A stretch of DNA of 63,968 nt, counting the filler, from Octopus bimaculoides (taxonomy: Eukaryota): NCBI RefSeq assembly GCF_001194135.2. It is 8 parts of 8 records of this genome, joined end to end, with 100 filler letters (N's around TTAATTAATTAA, not from the genome) between each part and the next. Parts side by side here need not be neighbours in the genome. Positions count along the whole stretch, not along the records: positions 33,232 to 41,482 come from NC_069007.1; positions 41,583 to 56,365 come from NC_068988.1; 6 more parts are not named here. One strand, 5' to 3'. The notes below the pieces were generated by a model that did not search any database, was not told where the DNA came from, and saw only the letters and a list, made by a program, of their open reading frames with translations. Position 1 is the stretch's first letter. Each line of letters starts with the position of its first letter. Made by a program: the position numbers and the translations under genes. Shown one piece after another: positions 37,351 to 50,723 of the stretch.

Positions 37351-38129
37351 AAAGGGGTCTCAGCAGGGTTTTTATGTACTTACAAGTCCACCCTTTCTCT
37401 AGATAGGTGCTCAGTCAGCGAGGAAAAGTGGTTGAATCTCCTTCAAATTATACTCTAACGTCTAATGAAAAGCAAGGACACATTGATTAACTTAGTCTTC
37501 AGTAAACAATATGTTTCAAAGAGGGGAAAAAATATGATGGTCATGGTTAGAACATCTTTGATTCTGGGTCAGCTTCATTGGAGACTCGTCCATAAGATGA
37601 ACAACAATAAAACTGCTGGACAATTTTTGTCCTTGGGTAGCAACTGTTATTCCCTAATTGCTTACCCCTAGAAAGTAATTCCTTCAAACTTTGCTCTTCT
37701 TACATTTATTCAAACCCCAAGGAATCCCTCTCAACACATGGCTATGATGCTCCCCCCACTACTCCTGCTCATCATCAGAGATGCACATATTGTCAGCCAC
37801 CAAGGGACATGCTCAACTGGTTATGGTCAAGCAACTGAGAAGCAGATCTGTGGTATTGAGCAGAATATTTGCTTTTATGATATTTCTGCTTCAGCAACTC
37901 AGCTCTGAATCTGTGTGAAATGTAATGGGAAATAGGTCAGTTTGAAAATATTGATATCCAGGTCAGAAAAGAAAAGATTGAAGGGAATAATTATCATTTC
38001 TTTTGATTTCTAGAAAGAGGCAAATAAGAAACAACACTTAATGACCAAAGACAAAACAGAAATAAAAGTTTTGTTAGAGAATATAATCAGGACAACAGCA
38101 AGAACAACAAAGAAAGATGATGAAGTTAC

Positions 38130-38283
38130 CTGAAGAAATAATAAGATAACTCCTTGAGAGTGAAACATTAGTGATTGTGACTTCTTTGGATCTCTGTTGA
38201 CCAAGACAACATGTCTGGAATTCAATGAAATCTGTAGAGACTTCCACTTCTGGGAGAGCAATTCTTGCATTTACAGGAACTTT
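38130..38283 (-). CDS. DLEC1: DLEC1/CFAP81-like exon
   Basis: TTGCTTCTTCTGTAG acceptor, AG|GTAACT donor, 154 nt, phase 0 to 1; KVPVNARIALPEVEVSTDFIEFQTCCLGQQRSKEVTITNVSLSRSYLIISS. Confidence 0.87.
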
Positions 38284-38321
38284 CTACAGAAGAAGCAAAT
38301 GGCAACAGTAATAATGGTTTC

Positions 38322-39199
38322 AAATTTCGCCACAAGGCCAGCAATTTTGAGGGAGGGGATGAGTCAGTTACATCGACCCCCCCAATATTCAACTGGTACT
38401 TATTTTATCGACCTTGAAAGGATGAAAGGTAAAGTCAACCTTGGCGGAATACGAACTCTGCACACAAAGACGGATGAAATACTGCTAAGCATCTCATGAA
38501 ATGTGTTAACGATTCTGCCAAATTGCTGCCTAAAAATAGCAACAGTAATAACAACAATGATAACACATACCATTAATAATAATAATAATAATAATAATGG
38601 TTTCAAATTTTGGCACAAGGCCAGCAGTTTCAGGGAGAAGGGGGTAAGTTGATTACATCAACCTCAATACACAACTGGTACTTATTTTATTGACCTTGAA
38701 TGAAAGGCAAAGCCAACCTCAGCAGAATTTGAACTCAGAACATAAAGATCCAGACAAAATGATGCTAAGTGTTCTGCCCAGTCTGCTAACAATTCTTTTC
38801 TTTTCTACTCTAGGCACAAGGCCCGAAATTTAGGGGGAGAGGGCCAGTATATGCAACTGGTATTTAATTTATTGACCCCAAAAGGATGAAAGGCAAAGTC
38901 AACCTCGGCGGAATTTGAACTGAGTGCCTCTAAGCATTTCACCCGGTATACTAACAATTCTGCCAGCATGCCACCTTAATAATAATCCTTTCTACTCTAG
39001 GCACATGGCCTGAAATTTTGGGGGGGAGGGGGCAGTCCATTACATCGACCCCAGTATGTAACTGGTACTTATTTTATTGACCCTGAAAGGATGAAAGGCA
39101 AAGTCGTCCTCGGCAGAATTTGAACACGGAACATAAAGATGAACGAAATGTTTAGCAATATTTCATCCAGCATGCTAATGATTCTGCCAGCTAGCTGCC

Positions 39200-39235
<36 letters not shown>

Positions 39236-39505
39236 GATTCTTTAAGGTATGTTAGTAATCTAAAAAGAACTAGGAAAGTTATGATAGATTCTTTAAGGCA
39301 TGTTAGTATAATAATCCTTTCTACTATAGGCACAAGGCCTTCAAATTTGGGGAAGAGGGATAGTTGATTACGTCGACCCCCAGTAATCAGCTGATATTTA
39401 TTTTATTGAACCCCCAAAAGGATGAAAGGTGAAGTTGACCTCAGGGTAATTTGCACTCAGAATGTGATGACATGAAATACTGCTGAGCATTTCAACCAGC
39501 ACCTT
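38322..39505 (-). mobile_element. Five same-orientation SINE family D copies
   Basis: Copies at about 38322-38530, 38595-38795, 38800-38980, 38985-39205, 39312-39505, separated by (AAT)n. Confidence 0.85.
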
Positions 39506-40361
39506 AGGGAAAAGGTACACTCTCACTAAACCCCTGACACTACCTATGTGAGTCTTATTCTAGCCTCTCAGCATTTAAACAGGCCGTACGCAGCCAAAAT
39601 ATTCTACCCATTTTCTATGTTCAAACCAACCAGATCCAGCCTCTCACACTTGCCCTACAATGTTATTCTAAAAATGAACAATCACTTATGGTAACTTTTA
39701 TATCCAACTTAACATGCATGTTGCGTCAGAACACGGAATAATTTTATTTACTTTGAGAGAACCTCTCATTTGGATTTATGGCGCATCCACATTAAGTTGA
39801 AGATACAGATTGCCATTTGGTATTGATACTATTTGTGTTCCTATTATTTTTTAACCCTTTCGATACCAACCTGGCTGAAACAGCCTCTGGCTCTGTAGTA
39901 CAAATGTCTTGTTTCCAAAAGTTCTAAATTAAAATCTTCCACCAAAAACCTTAATCACAATTTTATGTTCCTAGCACCAACCTAATGATAACTAAGTTAT
40001 TTTGCTAAATTCTTTGTTGTATTTAAAATTAATTGAAAGAAACACAAAGCATCTCAAAAGAAATATGGTAACAAAAGGGTTAAAATATATAATAGAGAAA
40101 CAATTCTTAACCCTTTTGATACCAACCTCTATTTGGGTGGTTTTTTCCTAAGTCACCATTTCACCCTTGTATGCCAGTCCATACAAGGGTCACCCATTTG
40201 GCACCACACTCTCGGAGTGGTTAGTATTAGGAAGGGCATCCAGCTGTAGAAGAGCCTGGTGCAGATTTGTTCAAACTATAACCCTTCAAAAAAGTGCCCC
40301 AGCCTGGCCAAAGCCCAATGATTGAAACAAGAAAAAGATTATTAAACAGATGAATACTTAC

Positions 40362-40556
40362 CTGCACTGATAAGTTACCAAATTCTATCTTGAGGAAATG
40401 CTGGAAATACAACCATTTCTGCCCGTCAATGGTCTCCAGAGAGATCTGCGTGTCTTTGAAATCCCTTTCACTTTCTTGAGATTCAGAAATCAATTTCGAT
40501 TCTATTTGATGCCAATGTTGCACCAGTTTCTTACTCATCAGGAATCCAACTTTTAG
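40362..40556 (-). CDS. DLEC1: DLEC1/CFAP81-like exon
   Basis: TGTCTGTTGTTGGCAG acceptor, CAG|GTAAGT donor, 195 nt, phase 0 to 0; LKVGFLMSKKLVQHW...KWLYFQHFLKIEFGNLSVQ. Confidence 0.85.
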
Positions 40557-41154
40557 CTGCCAACAACAGACACAAATGAAACAGAATTGTTATTGTTTTT
40601 GTTGTTGTTGGTGGTGGTGGTGGTGTTGCTGTCCATAGTAGTAATGGTGGTGGTGTTTGTAGTGGTGTTGATGGTTGTAGTGGTGGTAGTGGTGATGAGG
40701 GAGTGGTAGTAATAGTGTTGGCAGTGTCAATGTTACTCTTGTTGTGTTGTTCCAGATCAAGCCCCAAAACCAACAAGCATATGGATCAAAAGCAAACCAG
40801 CCATGACTCTCCCATCTAATATTCAAACAATAGACTTCTAGGACTAGCTTAATGAATGTGCCCTTGCTTTTTTATAAGATGGGAGGTGTGATCTCAGGCA
40901 GATATGGCTGTTCTTTCTAGCAGATTGCACAACCATGTAGATCCTCCCTGCTTGTTGTATAATTGAATAACCCCAGGCCAGCCCTGAAGCAGTGGCCCTT
41001 TGATCAGAGACATTCCAAATATGACAACTACATCATATTTTTCATACTGAAGTACAAACTGGATGTTGGGGGTAGAGTCAATGAGATCAATAAAACACTT
41101 TGAAGGTGGTGCCCCAGCATGACCACACTCCAATGACTGAAACCAAAAAAAAAA

Positions 41155-41290
41155 AGAGTGGTAAGAAGCTTGCTTCCCAACCACATGGTTCTGGGTTCAG
41201 TCCCACTGTGTAGCATCTTGGGCAAGTTCTACTATAGCTTTGGGGGCTGATCAATATTTTGCAAGTGGATTTGGAAACTGTGCAGAAACC
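41155..41290 (+). mobile_element. SINE family A 5' half
   Basis: Consensus head. Confidence 0.75.
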
Positions 41291-41341
41291 TAGTGTGTGT
41301 GTATGTATGTCACAAACATATCTTAACTAACCTAAAGTTCG

Positions 41342-41372
<31 letters not shown>

Positions 41373-41790
41373 GTATGTATGTATATATATATATATTAAG
41401 ATAAAACTTACTTGGAAATGGATGCATGGCGTTCAATCAAAGAATAATATAAATAATATACACACACACACACATATGTACTNNNNNNNNNNNNNNNNNN
41501 NNNNNNNNNNNNNNNNNNNNNNNNNNTTAATTAATTAANNNNNNNNNNNNNNNNNNNNNNNNNNNNNNNNNNNNNNNNNNNNTATATATATGTATATATA
41601 TATATACGTAATATATATATATCCATGGATCGAGGTGTAGGAAGAAAGTTAGCTTCAAGCCATCCTTAGTAAATATAAAAATCAACTTTCAGTGACAATA
41701 TTGGTTTATTGAGACGGAAGGTTGTGGATTAGTTCTTTTTTTATACTCGACGGTAGACGGCACGGGTTGCCGGATTTGCGAATAAGAATA

Positions 41791-41971
41791 CCAGAGTTAC
41801 GGAATGAGCAGATAAGATCCGGGTTACGTATGTTCCATTATCAAGATATCCTTGGCCTGAAGAGCAGCCTGCCGTATACACCTCGCTTGCATATTTACCA
41901 CTTCTGATGTTCCGCTTGCTATGAAACATATTTAGCGCGGGTCTTATCTACTCCATTCCGTAACTCTTGTG
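41791..41971. mobile_element. TA-flanked MITE (~181 bp)
   Basis: ~30-bp imperfect TIRs AGAGTTACGGAATG-AGCAGATAAGATCC / reverse AGAGTTACGGAATGGAGTAGATAAGACCC, TA on both sides. Confidence 0.6.
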
Positions 41972-42089
41972 TATGTATATGTGTGTGTATATATATATAT
42001 ATAATTATATATATATGCATATAAGCGTGGGTAAAAGTAGATATACAGTTGCTAACTTTGATCTACAAATAGAGAAAAGAGAAATAAAG

Positions 42090-42240
42090 AACTGTATGTG
42101 GTAAGAAACTTGCTTCCCTAGCACATGGTTCCGAGTTCGGCCCCACTGCGTGTCACTTTGGGTGAGTGTCTTCTACGATAGCCCTGAGCCGAGCAAAGCC
42201 TTGTGAGTGGATTTGGCAGAAGGAAACTGAAAGAATCCTA
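42090..42240 (+). mobile_element. SINE family A 5' half
   Basis: Consensus head. Confidence 0.8.
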
Positions 42241-42785
42241 TCATACATATATGTATATATATATATATATATATGTNNNNNNNNNNNNNNNNNNNNNNNN
42301 NNNNNNNNNNNNNNNNNNNNNNNNNNNNNNNNNNNNNNNNNNNNNNNNNNNNNNNNNNNNNNNNNNNNNNNNNNNNNNNNNNNNNNNNNNNNNNNNNNNN
42401 NNNNNNNNNNNNNNNNNNNNNNNNNNNNNNNNNNNNNNNNNNNNNNNNNNNNNNNNNNNNNNNNNNNNNNNNNNNNNNNNNNNNNNNNNNNNNNNNNNNN
42501 NNNNNNNNNNNNNNNNNNNNNNNNNNNNNNNNNNNNNNNNNNNNNNNNNNNNNNNNNNNNNNNNNNNNNNNNNNNNNNNNNNNNNNNNNNNNNNNNNNNN
42601 NNNNNNNNNNNNNNNNNNNNNNNNNNNNNNNNNNNNNNNNNNNNNNNNNNNNNNNNNNNNNNNNNNNNNNNNNNNNNNNNNNNNNNNNNNNNNNNNNNNN
42701 NNNNNNNNNNNNNNNNNNNNNNNNNNNNNNNNNNNNNTATACACATATATATATGAATATGTGTATATTTGTGTGGGTGTGTATG

Positions 42786-42824
<39 letters not shown>

Positions 42825-42872
42825 ATGTATATATATGAATATGTGTATATGTGTGTATGTGCGTGCGTGTGA

Positions 42873-42905
<33 letters not shown>

Positions 42906-42966
42906 CCTGTCTTTCTATCTTTGTATATCTACATTGGTAGGTAGGCAAATATGGAGACAGACAGAC

Positions 42967-43032
<66 letters not shown>

Positions 43033-43213
43033 ACATCTTTTATGCTTTTACATTGGCGTGCGCTCGTACTGGGGCACCAGCTGGAAGAGATTCTTTTAGT
43101 GGGTCACACCGACCCCTGTACTTATTTTTAAGTACGGCGTTTTATTACAATNNNNNNNNNNNNNNNNNNNNNNNNNNNNNNNNNNNNNNNNNNNNNNNNN
43201 NNNNNNNNNNNNN

Positions 43214-43300
<87 letters not shown>

Positions 43301-43589
43301 TCTCTCTGTTTTGTAATCTTGACGAACTGCTGAGTTATAAAAACGTTATCAAAAGTATACATACTCATACACACACTCACACGGGGGGACACACATGCAT
43401 GTAGAAATAGGGATACATATATATGTTTGCGCGTGTTTGTGTGTGTATGCGCGCACACACACATGCATGCGCACGCATACCTCCGGCATAGGTTTCTTTC
43501 AGTTTCCGTCTACCGGACTCATTCAAAAGTCATTTAGTGACCTGTGCATACTTTGCAAGTTGTGAAATTTGTGTCTTTGTGATCACGTG

Positions 43590-44396
43590 TATGCTGTACA
43601 ATGAGATTTTGCCGTGGACAGGAAGTTGGAAGAAAGAGCGAACGTGAAATTTTGCGTTAAACTTGCGGTGACGAAGCAACGAGTTGTACGCAATGTTTCG
43701 AGTGGCACGGACGCTTCAGAAGCGGAAGAACGTCTCTGGAAAACGATGAACGATCTGGAAGACCCGCCACGGGCGTCAACCCTGGAAATGTGGAGAAAAT
43801 TCATCAGCTTGTACATGAGGATCGTCAGAGGACAATCAATGACATTACTGATGTTGGTCTGCCGTATGGATCCATGCAGGCAATCCTAACGTCCCCCGCC
43901 AGCTGACCATTAAGCAGAAAGAACATCGCATCGATATCTGTCAAGATGTCCGTCAGCGTGCCGCTGATGACCCAGCCTTCATGTCGAGGATCATCACGAG
44001 TGACGAGAGTTGGCTCTATGGGTTCGACCCTGAGACGAAGCAGTAGTTGTCACAATGGAAGAGGCCTTCGTCTCCACAACCGAAAAAGGCATGACAGAGC
44101 CGCAACTCAATCAAGAGCATTCTCATCATTAGTTTGTTTGTTTTTTCCGACATCCGCGGTATTGTGCATGGAAAATTCATCCCCCCAGGGCCAGGCAGTC
44201 AATCGAGAGTTCTACTGCAAGGTTTTGAAGCGTTTGAGGGAGAACATTCGGCGAAGGCGACGGATCTGTGGAGCACAAAAACTTGGATTCTTCACGACGA
44301 CAATTCACCCTGTCACCGAGAGCTCTCCTCACTCGAGGGTTTCTCGTCAAAAACATGGTCTCGCTTCCGCACTCACCCTATTCGCCAGATTTAGCA
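43590..44396 (+). mobile_element. mariner transposase pseudogene (irritans-like)
   Basis: EERANVKFCVKL; SRIITSDESWLYGFDPETKQ; DIRGIVHGKFIP; WILHDDN; HSPYSPDLA; stops and frameshifts; truncated at a microsatellite. Confidence 0.92.
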
Positions 44397-44455
44397 CGTG
44401 TGTGTGTGTGTGTGTGTGCATTTATATATATGTGTGTATATGTATGTATATATCG

Positions 44456-44497
<42 letters not shown>

Positions 44498-44831
44498 AGA
44501 GAGGAGGTATGTATTTATATATGTATGCGTGTATGTATGAATGTACGCGTGTATGTATGTACTCGAGTCGACCCAAACTTTGTGGATGCAATTGTACCGG
44601 TGATTTAAAGGCTTCTCACATATATCACTCTGATTTTCCCCCAGAGAATTACGTCAACAGTGTTTGTGGACTATGCAATCACTTATGCGGTGATTTAATG
44701 AGCATTTAATTTCGTTTGAGCAAGCAACTGAATGCTCATCGCCAAATGCGATGAAAATCCGTTCTTTTTACTACTACTACTACTACCACCACCAGCTCCA
44801 CTACTAGTACCACTTCTGCAGTAATATTAAT

Positions 44832-45660
44832 TGTTTCAAATTTTGGCACAAGGCCAGCAGTTTGAGGGGAGGGGATGAATCGATTTCCTCAACCTCAGTA
44901 TTTTACTGGTACTTTAGTTTTATCAACCCCCGAAAGGACGATAGGCAAAGTTTGCTCACCTCAACGTGATTTGAACTTAGAACGTGAAGAGCTGCAATAA
45001 ATTACGCTAAGCCTTTTTGTTCGACGCACTAATTATTCTGCCAATAATATTAGCCGTAATATCAAATCTTTCTAAGGCGGCGAGCTGGCAGAATCGTCGA
45101 CTTTGGCTTTCATCCTTTCGGGATCGATAAAATAAATACCCGTCGAGCACGGGGGAGGGGATCCGATGTAATTCATTTACCCCCGCCTCCGAAATTGCTG
45201 GCATTGTGCTAAAATTTGAAACGTATATTTCAATAATATTCTTTCTAAATCGGTGTGCTGGCGGAATCGTTAGCTTGCCGGTCAAAATGCTCAGCGGCAT
45301 TTCGTCCGATTTTTTTTACGTTCTGAGGTCGACTTTATATCTTTCCATCCTTTCTGGAGTCCCTGAAATAAGGAGTAATTAAGCACTGGACTCCTTCCCC
45401 CAAAAGCTGACCTTGGGCTAGTAATGACAGAAGGCCAGTAATTTTGGTACGAGGAGTAAATCAATTACATCGGCCCCCAGTTTTCAACAGGTATTTATTT
45501 CATCGACCCAGAACGAATAAAAGGCAAAATTGGCTTCAGAGGAATTTGAACTGCTGTTACTACTATTATAACTACCACTACTATTACTACTACCACTGGA
45601 AGAAATACTGCCTCTAAGCATTTCGTTCGACGCACTAACGATTCTGCCAGTAATATTAAT
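44832..45660. mobile_element. Four SINE family D copies in alternating orientation (-,+,+,-)
   Basis: About 44832-45045 (-), 45073-45235 (+), 45245-45420 (+), 45440-45660 (-). Confidence 0.8.
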
Positions 45661-46243
45661 GATAACTAAATGTGTGATGCAAAACGGTGGGAAGCATAAA
45701 TGTTATGAAAGAAATAAAAGAAGAGAAAGCCGCCAAGAATTTTAATAAATAAACCATATTTCATATAAGGCGTTTGTTTGTCATTCATTTCATGTGGTGT
45801 GAATGAGGAAATCTGGAAAATAATATGAATCGGAACACATACAGCTGTTGAATATGTAAACAGAAGATTAATAAGAAAAAGAAAAAACAAGGGATGAAAA
45901 TAAAGAAGGGAAGCAGCATTTAATAAATGTATATATATATATATATATNNNNNNNNNNNNNNNNNNNNNNNNNNNNNNNNNNNNNNNNNNNNNNNNNNNN
46001 NNNNNNNNNNNNNNNNNNNNNNNNNNNNNNNNNNNNNNNNNNNNNNNNNNNNNNNNNNNNNNNNNNNNNNNNNNNNNNNNNNNNNNNNNNNNNNNNNNNN
46101 NNNNNNNNNNNNNNNNNNNNNNNNNNNNNNNNNNNNNNNNNNNNNNNNNNNNNNNNNNNNNNNNNNNNNNNNNNNNNNNNNNNNNNNNNNNNNNNNNNNN
46201 NNNNNNNNNNNNNNNNNNNNNNNNNNNNNNNNNNNNNNNNNNN

Positions 46244-46283
<40 letters not shown>

Positions 46284-46508
46284 TATATACACATATAGTT
46301 ACATATACACATACACACACACACACATGTGTATATGTGTGTACGTGTGTATGTATATATTTGTACAGATATATACATGTGTATATGTATATGCATATAT
46401 AAATTTAAGATGTATATTATATATACGTATATATACATACATATATATATATATACACATATATATATGTATATATATACGTACATACACACACACATAC
46501 ATATATAT

Positions 46509-46572
<64 letters not shown>

Positions 46573-47516
46573 GTACATATGAGCGATGAGGACATTTTTT
46601 GTATAATTATGATAAAACCTTATCGTGCATTTTACACGTCTTCATGCAAACAATATGCAGTCATTTGGCAATTCAATTTCATAAGGGGCTTTCAGTGGAA
46701 AGATATATGTCTTTCTCTGTAATAATGGCTAATTAAATCATCACACATAACAGATTTCACACAAGCACCATATAAACATATGAACACACACACATACTTG
46801 CATGCATACATACATACAAACATATATACATACATGCTTGCATGCGTACGTACGAATGTCTACATAGACATANNNNNNNNNNNNNNNNNNNNNNNNNNNN
46901 NNNNNNNNNNNNNNNNNNNNNNNNNNNNNNNNNNNNNNNNNNNNNNNNNNNNNNNNNNNNNNNNNNNNNNNNNNNNNNNNNNNNNNNNNNNNNNNNNNNN
47001 NNNNNNNNNNNNNNNNNNNNNNNNNNNNNNNNNNNNNNNNNNNNNNNNNNNNNNNNNNNNNNNNNNNNNNNNNNNNNNNNNNNNNNNNNNNNNNNNNNNN
47101 NNNNNNNNNNNNNNNNNNNNNNNNNNNNNNNNNNNNNNNNNNNNNNNNNNNNNNNNNNNNNNNNNNNNNNNNNNNNNNNNNNNNNNNNNNNNNNNNNNNN
47201 NNNNNNNNNNNNNNNNNNNNNNNNNNNNNNNNNNNNNNNNNNNNNNNNNNNNNNNNNNNNNNNNNNNNNNNNNNNNNNNNNNNNNNNNNNNNNNNNNNNN
47301 NNNNNNNNNNNNNNNNNNNNNNNNNNNNNNNNNNNNNNNNNNNNNNNNNNNNNNNNNNNNNNNNNNNNNNNNNNNNNNNNNNNNNNNNNNNNNNNNNNNN
47401 NNNNNNNNNNNNNNNNNNNNNNCCGTGGGGTTACGGTCTTTTAGTATAGCACCGAGTCGACCTGTGCCTTGTGAGTTAATTTTGCAGACGGAAACTATGT
47501 GAAATCCCGGCCCGCT

Positions 47517-47554
<38 letters not shown>

Positions 47555-47639
47555 AAATAAGCAACAAGGATATCCAAAGGTAATGCACTACGATCGTTTC
47601 ATGTAACTCCATTTAATTGAACAATGCATTGTTCAATTC

Positions 47640-48225
47640 AGTTTTATTTTCATTTAATACTTCATGATAGATGACACCTTTCATATCCCTCCAAACACGG
47701 TACATAACTTAATTCGGGTGTAATTCTTGGTTTGGGAATGGATTCCCCTCTTTCCTTTAGTGCTAACCATCGTCGTTTTCGTTGGATTTGATTACGGAGA
47801 AACCATATTTTATCATCCTACCCAGAAACGGTTCATTAACAAATCTATTCTTCCATGACTGGCAAACAACTCTTTGGTTAGGCTGAGAAACAGTCAGAAG
47901 ATAAGGGACTCAATGACCAAGTTTAGGGACTTTTCGTAGTTCATGAACGTGTTTCATGATCGAGGTGTGACTTCAGTTGAAGTGTTTTTTTTCTAATTCT
48001 CGCGCTTGGGATTTTCTTCAACTACGGTTTTTCGGAAGATATTCAATGAACATGGTCGTCCATTTCGAGAATAATCTGCAAGGAAAAAATATCCCGAACG
48101 ACGCTGGTCAAACCATCGTTCGCATGTCTGGACATTTAAAGCTTCATTTCAAAAGACGGCAGGAATATTTCTTGCCGCTTCTTTTGCTGAGGAGCACTCA
48201 AATATACACTCGTACGCATTCCAAT
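47640..48225 (-). mobile_element. mariner transposase pseudogene fragment (second family)
   Basis: SSAKEAARNIPAVF*NEALNVQTCERWF...DYSRNGRP; HELRKVPKLGH*VPYLLT; EPFLGRM: HTH and WVPHEL-like linker. Confidence 0.8.
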
Positions 48226-49163
48226 ACACACAAATACANNNNNNNNNNNNNNNNNNNNNNNNNNNNNNNNNNNNNNNNNNNNNNNNNNNNNNNNNNNNNN
48301 NNNNNNNNNNNNNNNNNNNNNNNNNNNNNNNNNNNNNNNNNNNNNNNNNNNNNNNNNNNNNNNNNNNNNNNNNNNNNNNNNNNNNNNNNNNNNNNNNNNN
48401 NNNNNNNNNNNNNNNNNNNNNNNNNNNNNNNNNNNNNNNNNNNNNNNNNNNNNNNNNNNNNNNNNNNNNNNNNNNNNNNNNNNNNNNNNNNNNNNNNNNN
48501 NNNNNNNNNNNNNNNNNNNNNNNNNNNNNNNNNNNNNNNNNNNNNNNNNNNNNNNNNNNNNNNNNNNNNNNNNNNNNNNNNNNNNNNNNNNNNNNNNNNN
48601 NNNNNNNNNNNNNNNNNNNNNNNNNNNNNNNNNNNNNNNNNNNNNNNNNNNNNNNNNNNNNNNNNNNNNNNNNNNNNNNNNNNNNNNNNNNNNNNNNNNN
48701 NNNNNNNNNNNNNNNNNNNNNNNNNNNNNNNNNNNNNNNNNNNNNNNNNNNNNNNNNNNNNNNNNNNNNNNNNNNNNNNNNNNNNNNNNNNNNNNNNNNN
48801 NNNNNNNNNNNNNNNNNNNNNNNNNNNNNNNNNNNNNNNNNNNNNNNNNNNNNNNNNNNNNNNNNNNNNNNNNNNNNNNNNNNNNNNNNNNNNNNNNNNN
48901 NNNNNNNNNNNNNNNNNNNNNNNNNNNNNNNNNNNNNNNNNNNNNNNNNNNNNNNNNNNNNNNNNNNNNNNNNNNNNNNNNNNNNNNNNNNNNNNNNNNN
49001 NNNNNNNNNNNNNNNNNNNNNNNNNNNNNNNNNNNNNNNNNNNNNNNNNNNNNNNNNNNNNNNNNNNNNNNNNNNNNNNNNNNNNNNNNNNNNNNNNNNN
49101 NNNNNNNNNNNNNNNNNNNNNNNNNNNNNNNNNNNNNNNNNNNNNNNNNNNNATATATTACAT

Positions 49164-49197
<34 letters not shown>

Positions 49198-49829
49198 CAT
49201 ATATATACATATATTTGTATATATATACAAATATATACACATATTCATATAAACGTACATACATTGATATGCATACGCATAGTCCCATTTACCTGTCTGC
49301 ATACACATTTACATGCATGCTATACATACATACATACATACATACATACATACATACATACATACATACATACATGCAAACATACATGCGTTCATACGCA
49401 CACACACGTATACACGTATACACATATATATCTGATGTCACCCGCTCTGCCCGCTCCAACATGCCAAAAACGTCAGGCCTTACTCAGTTAACAACTTACG
49501 TGGATATTACTATCGTTGTTTCAATCTCCACACATTGAAAAGAAATCACGCACGGACGTCTACGTCTACGACTATGAAACAATTTCGCTCGGCTCGGAAT
49601 GATAGATAACTCTTAATCGCTAACTACGATATTTGAAACCGCGACGGGCTCACTGATCCACGACGGGCTCTGTCACCTAGAAAGTTGTCTCTTTTGTGCT
49701 CGTGTAAAAATACTAAAATGAACATAAAAATAAAATAAAAATGAAATATAAATCATATTTTAAACAGTAACTCCATCCGGCAAATGATATTGATTGATTG
49801 TGAAAATAGAAATCTAGAAAGTTCTGCGC

Positions 49830-49895
<66 letters not shown>

Positions 49896-50179
49896 CTCAA
49901 CGTTTTCACTCACATCTCATCTATCATAGCTGAAGTATGATAAATTGAGACGCGTACACATATATTTAATATGTCCTGTATTGTTCTGCTTTTACTTTCA
50001 ATAATCAACTGTATAAATCAACGAATGCTTAGAGTCCTGGGGTACGGGGTGGGGAAAAGTAGGGGACGAATAGAATGCGATGAGATCGCGTCTTTCCAAA
50101 ACTATTACTGGTGACCTGAGAGAAGTGAAACGATTTCCAGCAGGGAATAGAAACCTTGTTGCAAATTTGGTTTTGATTT

Positions 50180-50398
50180 ACTGGCGAGCTGGCAGAATGG
50201 TTACCGCGCCGGACAAAATGCTTAGCAGCAGCATGTCTTTCAGTATTACGTTCTGAGTTCAAATGCTCGCGAGGTCCAATTTGCTTTCGTCCTTTCGGGG
50301 TAGATGAAATAAGAGCCAGTCAAATAATGGAGTCGATATAACCGAATAACACCCTCTCCACAAATTTCAGAGCTTGTGCTTATAGGAGAAAGGATTTG
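50180..50398 (+). mobile_element. SINE family D
   Basis: GGCGAGCTGGCAGAATGGTTA...GAGTTCAAATG. Confidence 0.8.
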
Positions 50399-50479
50399 CT
50401 AAGAAATTACTGTTCCTCCAATGTCATGTCTTTAACATTAGCTAGGTTTAAGCTACTAAAATACGGGTTGTCTTTTATC

Positions 50480-50676
50480 TTTTACAAGCTTCAGCCATTA
50501 GACTGTAGTCTCGCTGGGGCACCGCATTGAAGAAGACCGCCAGGATTTATTTTTTTAAACCTGCCACCTATTATATCGACCACTTTTTGCCGAACCGCTA
50601 GATTATAGGGACGTAAACAAGCCCACCGATTGTCAAACAGGTCAAACAGTGGTGTGGAACGAACACAGACCCAAAG

Positions 50677-50680
<4 letters not shown>
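50480..50680 (-). mobile_element. SINE family A 3' half
   Basis: Degenerate reverse B segment. Confidence 0.65.
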
Positions 50681-50709
<29 letters not shown>

Positions 50710-50723
50710 CATATTTATATATA

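Noticed and set aside
40894-41075. Open minus frame upstream of the DLEC1 40556 exon
   Set aside because: Looks repeat-derived, does not resemble the expected DLEC1 sequence and has no good donor
49500-49676. Minus-strand segment with strong acceptor and GTAAGT donor
   Set aside because: Stops in all three frames; could be a non-coding exon but unsupported
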